From NCBI RefSeq assembly GCF_902713615.1, contig NC_052149.1:127103256-127167255 (forward strand): a stretch of 64,000 nt of DNA, in the 5' to 3' direction. Below, one piece after another: positions 12,901 to 22,860 of the stretch. The notes beneath the pieces were generated by a model, which made no database searches, was not told the origin of the DNA, and was given only the letters and a program-made list of their open reading frames with translations. Position 1 is the stretch's first letter; every line of letters begins with the position of its first letter. The translations under genes and the position numbers were made by a program. Source of the DNA: Scyliorhinus canicula. Lineage: Eukaryota.

Positions 12901-13190
12901 GAGAGGCTGAGTTAACCACGCCTCCAGATCGAGGTATAAATAGACAGAACGCCCGGCGGTCGTCCATTTACTGTAGTCGACCACAGGACTAACTTCTACC
13001 TTATTAAACCTAACTTTTGTACAGCAACACGTCTCGCGTTCGATTGATGGCTCATCAAGTGGGAAGGAGGTCCATGTTTATTGGTCCCTATTGGAAGGTC
13101 CAGTGGGAAGGAGGCCCATGTTTACTGATCCCTATTGAAGGGTCCAGTGGGAAGGAGGCCCATGTTTACTGGTCCCTATTGGAGAGTCAG
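9975..13190 (+). repeat. 44-bp minisatellite split by an LTR insertion (units at about 9975-10249 and 13058-13190)
   Basis: Unit GGGTCCAGTGGGAAGGAGGCCCATGTTTACTGGTCCCTATTGGA; 44-bp period measured between 10063 and 10107. Confidence 0.9.
10250..13057 (+). mobile_element. Internally deleted Gypsy LTR retrotransposon (copy 2, sister subfamily): truncated 5' LTR fused to RT, open RT-C/RNase H/integrase ORF (10638-12602), 3' LTR 12781-13057
   Basis: TG...CA ends, 5-bp TSD AGTGG (10245-10249, 13058-13062), PPT AAGGGGTGAA and pol motifs; U5 end, PBS, gag and PR are deleted at about 10514. Confidence 0.95.
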
Positions 13191-13630
13191 TTAGGACATG
13201 GACACCATGGTCGATAAGGAGGATGGTTTCTTTATGTTGTAAAAGTGTGGTTATCCACCCCTCATCCCAGTTAAACACCAGGACCCCAGAGACTGACCAT
13301 GGAAGGGGAAGGAGGGGGGAAGGGATCTGAATGTGTTCGGAATGGACAGGATGTATCAGTGGCTCAGTCTCTGTCCCTCCAGCTCACACTGATGGGGTGA
13401 GGATCTCCTCTCTCTGCTGGGACTTCATGAAATGAGGTTTGTGTTCAAACCAGTGCCCAGTGAGAATAGACCAACAGCACAGAACTACCCTTAATCTGAC
13501 AATAATCTGTCAATTTTACTGAGCGAGGCCACAGCACGGTCAATGTGGGGAATGGGGCCTTACTTAAGGAAATGACAAGCTCCTGGGGTCAATTAGTGGG
13601 ACAGAGCAGAGGGGGATTTATCCTTTAAAT

Positions 13631-14220
13631 AACTGTGATCCACTTGGGAGAGTGTGGGAAAGAGAGAGCGAGGGGCAGACTGTGACAGAGAGAGAGAGAG
13701 GGGGAAGCATTTAACTGTGATCCACCTGGGAGAGTGTGGGAAAGAGAGAGTGAGGAGCAGTCTGTGACAGAGAGAGAGAGAGAGAGGGAAGCATTTAACT
13801 GTGATCCACCTGGGAGAGTGTGGGAAAGAGAGAGCGAGGAACAGACTGTGACAGAGAGAGAGAGAGAGGGGGGGAACCATTTACTGTGATCCACCTGGGA
13901 GAGTGTGGGAAAGAGAGAGCGAGGAGCAGTCTGTGACAGAGAGAGAGAGAGAGAGGGAAGCATTTAACTGTGATCCACCTGGGAGAGTGTGGGAAAGAGA
14001 GAGCGAGGAACAGACTGTGACAGAGAGAGAGAGAGAGGGGGGGAACCATTTACTGTGATCCACCTGGGAGAGTGTGGGAAAGAGAGAGCGAGGGACAGAC
14101 TGTGACTGAGAGAGAGAGAGAGGGAAGCATTTAACTGTGATCCACCTGGGAGAGTGTGGGATAGAGAGAGCGAGGAACAGACTGTGACAGAGAGGGAGAG
14201 AGAGGGAAGCATTTAACTGT
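13631..14220 (+). repeat. Tandem repeat, 7 units of 82-85 bp with a variable (GA)n tract, upstream of the V promoter
   Basis: Unit starts at 13631, 13713, 13797, 13882, 13966, 14051, 14133; core ACTGTGATCCACCTGGGAGAGTGTGGGAAAG. Confidence 0.95.
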
Positions 14221-14504
14221 TGCACCAGCACTCAAAGTCAACCTCCAGTAATAGTAACTCCTGTTACAGAGATCAGTTAGAGAATTACAGAACGATGGAG
14301 AGTGAGAGAGAGAGAGGGAGAAAGAGAGAGATAGAGACAGGAAGGAGAACACATGGAGACAGTCAGAGAGGGAAATAGAATGGGAGAGAGTGCAAGGCAG
14401 AGACTGAGAAACTGATACAGGAAAGAGAAAATAGAGTGGAAGAGAGAGCAGACACTGAGGGACAGGTACTGAGGGAGTGAGTGAGCAGGGTGAGAGAGAG
14501 AGAA

Positions 14505-14599
14505 GAGGAAGTGAAGGTGCTGACGTGGTGTCTCTGCCTCATACCATTTACATACTGAGGAACGGGCAGTCAGACTCTCACAGGCTGCAGCTTTATAAA
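14505..14599 (+). promoter_or_regulatory. Ig kappa V promoter: PU.1/Ets box, CRE-like TGACGT, variant octamer ATTTACAT, TATAAA
   Basis: GAGGAAGTGAA 14505-14515; TGACGT 14521-14526; ATTTACAT 14546-14553 (1 mismatch to ATTTGCAT); TATAAA 14594-14599, about 60 bp before the ATG. Confidence 0.7.
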
Positions 14600-14659
14600 G
14601 CAGAGCCCAGTGAAGGGAGAGTTTATCAGTAACCAGGCACAGGGACAGGAGCAGACACC

Positions 14660-14708
14660 ATGATTTCAGCCATCCAGCTGATCTTGCCTCTGGCATTCTG
14701 CACCGCAG
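14660..14708 (+). CDS. IGKV: Ig kappa leader exon (MISAIQLILPLAFCTA-G)
   Basis: ATG, hydrophobic signal peptide, phase-1 GT donor at 14709 matching the AG acceptor at 14893-14894. Confidence 0.93.
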
Positions 14709-14894
14709 GTACAAATCTCTCTCCTTCCACCTTGAATATTTTCCTGCTCTCCATTTCAATCCAATTCTACTGACTTGTGATTGAAGGGAAAATGCTGAAA
14801 GCAGAGGAACAGTCAGTGTCTCCAACAATATCTCATTGTACAGGCTCTTTCTGTGACAGTTCTTACTTCACTCTGTTTCTCTATTACCCCTCAG

Positions 14895-15193
14895 GTATCA
14901 GTGGAGACATCATCATGACCCAGTCTCCCCCGGTGCTGTCATTGAGCCTGGGCCAGACCGCAACCATCACCTGTACGGCCAGTCAAGGCATTGGTGATAA
15001 TTGTGCTTGGTTTCAACAGCGAGAAGGTCAGAAACCGGTTCTACTGATACATGATGGAAGAACTCGACACACAGGAATATCTGACCGATTCACCGGCAGT
15101 CAACAGTCCAACACATTCACTCTAACACTCAGCAACGTACAAAATGAGGATGTTGCTAATTATTACTGTCTGCAAGATGAAGCCTACCCCCTA
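14895..15193 (+). CDS. IGKV: Ig kappa (shark type III/NS4-like) V exon, unrearranged, open frame
   Basis: GISG-DIIMTQSPPVLSLSLGQTATITC...W(F)QQ...LLIH...DRF.G...EDVANYYC-LQDEAYPL; canonical Cys23, Trp35, Cys88 and kappa-type Pro95; ends at an RSS. Confidence 0.97.
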
Positions 15194-15221
15194 CACAGTG
15201 ATACAGAGCCTTACAAAAACC
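15194..15221 (+). other. V recombination signal sequence, 12-bp spacer
   Basis: CACAGTG-atacagagcctt-ACAAAAACC, with consensus heptamer and nonamer. Confidence 0.98.
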
Positions 15222-15626
15222 TCAATACACACAGTCCCATCTCCTGTACTGACACATCCCACAGTTTTATAGAATATATAATAATGAACACACAGTCCCA
15301 CCTCCTCTACTAACACATTCCACAGGTTTATATAATATATAATAAACACAAGATAGGAAACTGTACAAATGATTCTCACCGTCCACTACACACTCCAGTC
15401 CCTGTGGTGTCCACAGCTCACTGAAGGCCTCAAGTTTCCATCTTACTCTCCATATCCACGTATGAAGAGCAGCGGAAAGATTTATCATCTAAAATTAGAA
15501 TTCTCTACTCTCCCAACAAACACAGAGACATTGAGAGAAACAGAGAGAGAAAGAGTTCGAGAGAAAGACATGAGTGAGTGAGAGACAGAGAGAGGGTGAG
15601 AGTGAGTGAGTGAAGCAGAGAGCAGA

Positions 15627-15665
15627 GGTTTTTGTACAGCCCCTGCACTGGAAGCTGTCAGTGTG
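15627..15665 (-). other. J recombination signal sequence, 23-bp spacer
   Basis: GGTTTTTGT-23 bp-CAGTGTG (heptamer reads CACACTG on the minus strand, 1 mismatch). Confidence 0.95.
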
Positions 15666-15700
15666 GCTTACGTTCGGTAAAGGAACCAAGCTCAGACTGA
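15666..15700 (+). CDS. IGKJ: Ig kappa J segment (LTFGKGTKLRL-S)
   Basis: FGxG motif; GTAAGT donor at 15701; phase-1 A joins GC of the C exon to give Ser. Confidence 0.96.
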
Positions 15701-16329
15701 GTAAGTAAACCCCAATCCTCCGTTATTAACCCTTTCAATACTGAAACTTTCTCAAACACAAATGCTGAATAGTTGAAGGTGTTAGTGGGGAGCTGCAGTG
15801 AATGAAATGGTTCATTGAAGAACACTGTGTAGAACAGGGTGCCCAGCTGTATTTCTTTAGTTCCATTCCCCCCCTTTAAGCAGCAAGATATAAGTAAGCA
15901 GCTTTTACCCACCGTGTGGAGGAGATCTGGACGTTTGCAGACTGTGTTCACATTCCTGGACCATGGAGTGAAATCACTCACTAGACTCCTGTCAGTCTGT
16001 GTGTGACAGACACGGGCAGAGTTTGATGTGAGCTCTGGCTCCCTGTCACACTCTCTGATATAACTGATCACAGCAGCAGCAGCAGCACAGAGAGACACCG
16101 AGGTCCCACTTCCCCCAGCTTTAACTCTGCTCTCTCCACTCCCTGCTTATCTCTTAGCAAAGTTCTGATGACAAACAGGTCCAGCAGGGCTCACAATCCA
16201 GTGGCTTCAGTGTTCCAGGCTTTTGGGGAGACTCTCAGTTACTTTCTCTTTGGGTCGAGTTCAGTCTGATATTTATCCCTGATCCAATATTCCTGAAAAT
16301 CCCTGGAGATATTTGTATTGTTTGATGTG

Positions 16330-19300
16330 ATGTGTGATCTCTGGCTGGGCCAGCATTTATTGCCCATCCCTAATTGCCCTTGAACTGAGTGTCTTGCTCG
16401 GCCATTCCAGAGGGCATTTCAGAGTCAACACATTACTGGAGTCACTTGTAGGCCGGACAAGGTCAGGATGGCAGATTCCCACTTCAGACCCACACATCCC
16501 ATAAATTAACTTTTAAAAATGGCCCAAACTCCACTTTCCTGTCGGTCCCCATAACCCTTGACCCCCGTCAATCAAAAATCTGTCTAACTCAGCCTGGAAT
16601 ATATTCAACGTCCCAGCATGCACTGCTCTCTGGGAAAGAGAATTCCAAAAACAAACGACCCTCTGGGAGAAGAAATTCCTCCTCATCTCCGCCTTAAATG
16701 GAGATCCCTTATTTTTAAACTGTATCCACTAATTCTAGATTCCCCACAAGGGGAAACATTCTCTCAGCATCCACCCTGTCAAGCTCCCTCGGAATCTTAT
16801 ATGTTTCAATAAGATCACCTCTCATTCTGCAATGAGTGCAGACCCAACCAGCTCAACCTTTCCTCATCAAACATTCCATTCCTCAGTGGAATCAGCCCAG
16901 TGAATCTTCTCTGAACTGCTTCCAATGTCGGAACATCCGTCCTTAAGTAAGGAGACCAACACTGTGCCCAGTACTCACGGTGTAGTCTCCCCAATGTGCT
17001 GTATAGATGGAGCAAGACTTCCCTACTTTTATACTCCATCCCCCTTGTAATAAAGGACAACATTCCATTGACCTTCCTCATCACTTGCTGTACCTGCAGG
17101 TTAACGTTCTGTGATTCATACACAAGGACACCCAGATCCCTCTGTAACACAGCTTTCTGCAGTCTCTCTCCATGTCAATAATATTCTGATTTTCTATTCT
17201 CCCTAACAAAGTGGACAAGCTCACATTTCCCCACATTATACTCCATCTGTCAAATGTTCTCCCCACTCACTGAACCTATCAATACCCCTTTTCAGACTCT
17301 GTATCCTCCTCACAACTTGCTTTCCTACCTATCATTTTATCATCAGCAAATTTAGCTACAATACTCTCATTGCCTTCATCCAGCTCATTAATATAGATTG
17401 GAGAGTTAAAACCCCAAACAACAGCCATCTTCCTTTGTGCTGGGTATGACTCCAACCAGCGGGTTTCACAGCGGTGTAGGGTGGTTGCAATGGGAAATCC
17501 CATTAACAATCGGTGGGAAGACAGAATCCCGCTGACAGCGAATGCCTCACAGCCGGGAAACACACAGCTGAGGAGCCGGAGAGTCCCACACAGGAGCAGG
17601 AGTAGACCATACAGCCCATCAAAACTGGTCCACCATTCAATACGATCATGACTGATCTCTGGCTTCAACTCCATTTCCCATCCACTCCCCGTATTCCTAA
17701 ATTTCTGAAAGACCAAAAATGTATTTTTTTACTTCAATTTCTCTGGGATGTGGGCTTCACCGGGTAAGCCAGCATTTGTTTCCTATCCACCATTGCCCTT
17801 GAGGAGGTGGTGTTGTGCTGCCTTCTTGAATCGCTGCAGTCCATCTGGTGTAGGTACACCCTCAGTGCTGTTTGGAAAGGAGTCCCAGGATTTTGACCCA
17901 GTGACAGTGCAGGAATGATGATATATTTCCAAGTAAGGATGGTGAGTGACTTGGAGGGCAACCTCCAGGTGGTGGTGTTCCCATGTATCTGCTGCCCTTG
18001 TCCTTCTAGTTGGTAGAATTTGTGGGTTTGGAAGGTGCTGCCTAAGGAACCTTGTCAGATCCTGCATTGCAGCTTGTAGATGGTACACATGGCTGCCAAT
18101 GTGCGTCGGTGGTGGAGGGAGTGAATGTTTGTGGAAGGGATACCAATCAAGCAGGCTGCTTTATCCTATCCCATACAATTGCAGAAATACGTCTCTACTT
18201 TTATACTCCAGTCCTTTTGCAATAAACGCTAACATTCCATTTGCTTTTTCGAATTACATGCTGTACCTGCAGCCAGACTTTCTGCATTTCATGAACAAAG
18301 ACACCCAGATCCCTCTGCCCAGACACATTTTGAATCTGCTTTCCATTGAGATAATAATTTGCCTGACTAGTTTATCAGCCAAAATGGATAACCTCATGCT
18401 TCTCCACATGAATCTCCATCTGCCAAATTTTGGCCCAACCTCCTCGCCGATCTATAGCCGTCTGTCAGAGAATCATAGAATTTACAGTGCAGAAGGAGGC
18501 AATTCGGCCCATCGAATCAGCACCGGCCCTTTGAAAGAGCACCCTACTTAAGCCCACACCTCCAACTTATTCCCATAACCCAATAACCCCACCTAACATT
18601 TTTGGTATTAAGGTCAATCTTGCATGGCCAATTCACCGAGCCTGCACATCTTGGACTGGGGGAAGAAATTGGATCACCCGGAGGAAACACACGCAGACAC
18701 AAGGAGGAAGTACAAACTCCACACAGACAGTGACCCAAACCAGGAATCGAACCTGGCACCCTGGAGCTGTGAAGCAACGGTGCTAACCACTGTGCTACTG
18801 TGCCGCCCATAAAACCTTGTCTCCCCTTCACTGCCTGCTTTCCCACCTATTTTAGTATCGTCCACAAATTTTTCTATATTGCACTCTGTAATATAGATTT
18901 TAAACAGTTGAGGTCCGAGGACTGACCCTTGCGGCACCCCACCAGTTACAGTTCACCAGCCAGAGAAGGACCCATTTATTCCAGCCATCTGCTTTCTGTC
19001 AGTCAGCCAATCCTCAATCCAATCTAGTACTCTGCACCCCCAGTCCCCCGTGATCTCACCTTCTGGATCAGTCTTTTATGCAGCATCTTGTCAAATGTCT
19101 TCTGGAAGTCTAGGTATACAACATCCACAGGTTCCCCATTATCCACCTTGTTGGTTCTGTCCTCAAAGAACTCAAGCAAGTTTGCCAAGCATGACGTACT
19201 CTTCAGAAAACCATGCTGACAATGGTGGATTGAGCTTTGCCTTTCCAACTGTTCAGTTATCTCCTCCTTAATGATTGATTCCAGCGACTTCCCCACCACA

Positions 19301-20950
19301 GAGGTCAAGCTAACCGGTCTATAGTTTCCTACATTTTGCCTCTCTCCCTTTTTAATTGCGAGCATCACATTAGCCTGTTTCCAATCCAGCGGGATCCTTC
19401 CAGAATGCAGGGAATTCTGAAATATCACAACCAATGCATCCATTATCTCTTCTGCCACCTCCTATCATATCCTAGGCTGCAGGCCATCAGGTCCCAGAGA
19501 CTTATCTGCCTTTTGTCCGATTAGTTTATTCAATACCGACCTACTAGTGATGGTTATTGCACCAGGTTCCTCTGCATTAAATGTAGTTTTTCACAAAGTT
19601 ATAATCTTCTCCTGAGAAGACAGAGGCAAAATATTGGTTCAGTGCCTCCGCCATCTCCGTGTTCCCCATTATTACCTCACTAGTATTGTCCTCTAAAGGG
19701 CCAACATTTACTTTAGCTATTCTCTTCCTCTTTATAAACTTATAGAAGCGTTTGGTATCAGTGATTATGTTTTCTGCTGGTTTCCTTTCGTAGATCATCT
19801 TGGTTTTTTGATTTTCTTCTTAGTAACCTTTTACTGAACCCTAAAGTTCTCCCAATCCTCCAGCTGACCACCAGCTTTTGCAGTGAGGTATGCCTTAGTT
19901 TTTGCCATTATGTCTTCTTTGACTTCCTTGTTTAGCCATGGAATATTTTTCTCCCTTTTACACTTCCTCTGCCTCTCTTATTGAAGGTGGTCATTGCCTG
20001 GAACGTGTGTGGTGCGAATGTTAAATCTGTCAAACACAGCCTGAAATATATTTAACGATATTTGTCATCGGAACCTGTCAAAATCCTTGGAAAATCCATG
20101 TTGTCAACATCAAACTCACTCCCTTCATCAGCCCTCCTCGTTCCCTCCTCAACATATTCAATCAAGTTAGTCAGACACGACCTTCCCTTAACAAATCCAT
20201 GTTGACTGTCATTGATCGAACTGTGTCTCTCTCAATGATGATTATAATTTCTCTCAGAATTATTTCCAAATATTTCCCCACCACTGAGGTTAGACTGACT
20301 GGTCAGTAATGACTCAGTCTGTCCCTTCCTCCCTTTTTAAACAACGGCACAACATTATCATCCTCCAGTCCTCCGACACCACGCCTGTAGTCAGAGAGGA
20401 TTGGAAAATAATGGTCAGGGCCTCCGCTATTTCTTCCCTTAGCAGCCTGGGATACATTTCACCCAGGCCTGGGGGTATCTCCATTTTCAAAGATGATGAA
20501 CACATTAATATCTCCTCTCTCACTATCTTTATCACATCCAATATTTCACAATTCTCCTCCTCCTGAACACCAATGACTATTTTTTGTCTCATTTGTGAAA
20601 ACTGATGTAAATTATTCATTAAGAACCATCTCCATGTCTTCCACCTCCACACACAAGTCACATTTTGCTCTCTAATTGGTCCCACTCATTCATTAGTTAT
20701 CCTGTCACAATGTCCCTCACTATTGCTTTGTGTGAACATATTTGTTCTGAACTCTCTCTATCTCCAGCTTGAATATCCTCCCCCTGCTCTGACACTGTTT
20801 TACCATCAAGTCGCTGTTTCCTGTCCAATTTGGCAAATCCCAGTTTAGTAAAATTGGCCTTTCCCCAATTAAAAACTTTTATCTTGGTCTGTCTTTACCC
20901 TTTTCAATAACTACTCGAAATCTAACTGAATTATGATCACTATTACCCAA
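16330..20950 (-). mobile_element. Patchwork of CR1-like LINE fragments, MITE remnants and a V-SINE (about 18468-18808) filling the J-C intron of cluster 1
   Basis: Peptides such as GNYRPVSLTSVVGKSLESII and GEPVDVVYLDFQK on the minus strand; SINE V-domain present. Internal boundaries are approximate. Confidence 0.8.
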
Positions 20951-21181
20951 TACTCTCCCACTGATACCCCTTCACCTGCCCAGATTCAATCGCTATAACT
21001 GTCCAAAACTGCTCCTTCTCTTGTTGGGATTGTTCTGTACTGGTTAGAAAGGTTGCTCAGAATGGATTGTCAGAATTCCAGACCACCTATATATTGATAC
21101 ATGTCTTGATTCCAGTTAATATATTGGAAGTTGAAATCCTTTATAATAGCAGCGATTAAAATTCCTTCTTTTCTCTTTCAG

Positions 21182-21510
21182 GCCGTGAGAATTCACAACC
21201 CACACTGACCCTGCTGCCCCCCTCCCTGGAGGAGGTCAAGACCAAGGGCACTGCCACCCTGGTGTGCCTTGCCAATCACTTCTATCCCGATGAGCTGGTG
21301 GTGGAGTGGAAGAAGGATGGTGCAGCCATTTCGGACGGGGTTCAGACCAGCAACTACCTGCGAGCTTCGGACAACACCTACAGTGTCAGCAGCCTGCTGA
21401 CCCTCTCTGGCTCTGCCTGGGAATCCAACGCCCGCTTCTCCTGTGCCCTCACCCACGTGAGCCTCTCCTCTGCCCTCAGCAAGAGCATCAGGAGATCAGA
21501 ATGTGCGTAG
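21182..21510 (+). CDS. IGKC: Ig kappa constant exon, cluster 1
   Basis: TTCAG acceptor; (S)RENSQPTLTLLPPSLEEVKTKGTATLVC...VEWKKDG...YSVSSLLTL...FSCALTH...RSECA-stop; C1-set domain with penultimate Cys for heavy-chain linkage. Confidence 0.97.
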
Positions 21511-22102
21511 AGGGTTAGAGACAGTCCACAGAGGAGACACAACTTTAAATAGAACAGGGGTGAGCTGGGAGGGCAAAGGTCATTGTCAGCAGTGAATTAC
21601 AACTCTCTTCCTTCTTGGAACTGGGTCTGAGGCACTTCTGAGGGTCAGGGGTTAAGGCAGGTTTTGGGATAGTGTAGAGGGATCATCGCCCCATATCTAA
21701 CCCCGTGCTGCACCTGTCCTGGGAGTATTTGATGGGGACAGTGTGGAGGGAGCTTTGCTCTGTATCTAACACCGTGCTGCACCTGTCCTGGGAGTGTTTG
21801 ATGGGACAGTGTAGACTCGTGATGCCAAGTAAAACCTCTCTAAGATGCTGAAGATTGTCAGCTGTACCAAAATAATGTGACCCTCTGAAGTCTCTACTTC
21901 AGGAAAGCAGACCTCCTTCCTGCTCACCCTGCAGTTACAATTTAAGGTTTAATCACTGTTTAAAGGGACAGGATTCTGATGATATTGAGAAAATCTCCAC
22001 AAGTGTTTTAATAAACCTCCAATTTCCGTGAATTTCTCCAGCTTCCTCTGGCTGGGTTGTCTATTCAAGTCTTTTCTCTGACAATGTAAATCTGTAAAAG
22101 GT

Positions 22103-22108
22103 AATAAA
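22103..22108 (+). terminator. Polyadenylation signal of cluster 1 (a second, copy-specific AATAAA lies at 22010-22015)
   Basis: AATAAA followed by a GT-rich tract; conserved in cluster 2 (TTTATT at 57358-57363). Confidence 0.7.
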
Positions 22109-22561
22109 CATTAAGAATATTCAGTCTGTGTCTCATGTGTGCTTTGGAAATGTCCCTCCTCCCCATCAGCTGATTGGTTGTATTTCAGCAAGTGATTGTC
22201 ATGATTGGCTGGTTGGCCTGTCAATCAATGACACATCAGCAGAAGATTGGATTCAAAGACATTTATCAATCATTTTAAAATGATCAGTTTTATCTGGAAT
22301 CTCTGAGTTTACAAGATTCAAATCAGAAAAGAGACTGAAAGTTGCTGGGATTAAATCATCACAATCACAATTCTCCAACCCATATTCCCCACCTCCCCCT
22401 TGACCTGACCATCTCACGTTGTCTCACTACTCCCATAGTTTCAATCACAGATAAGACCATCTCTGATCACTTCCTTGTATCACTCCCCACCCACATCCCC
22501 CTTCCACACCCCAACCCTACCCCCTTCTGTATCCATCCCTGGAAAAACCTCTTCCCAAATT

Positions 22562-22860
22562 CACTGTAGCACAGTGGTTAGCACTGTTGCTTCACAGTTG
22601 CTTCAGGGTCCCAGATTCTATTCCCGGCTTGGGTCACTGTGCGGAGTCTGCACGTTCTCCCTGTGTCTACGTGGATTTCCTCTGGGTGCTCCGGTTTCCT
22701 CCCACAAGTCCCAAAAGATGTGCTTGTTTGGTGAATTGGACATTCTGAATTCTCCCTCAGTACACCGAACACACCTAGTGTGGTGACTAGGAGATTTTTT
22801 ACAGTAACTTCATTGCAGTGTTAATGTAAGCCTACTTGTGACATTAAAGAAGATTATAGT
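22562..22860 (+). mobile_element. V-SINE with the alternative ...GTAAGCCTACTTGTGACA tail
   Basis: tRNA-like head, V-domain, tail GTAACTTCATTGCAGTGTTAATGTAAGCCTACTTGTGAC. Confidence 0.85.

Noticed and set aside
15823-15829. CACTGTG 120 bp downstream of J (possible second J)
   Set aside because: No nonamer at 12 or 23 bp and no J-like reading frame.
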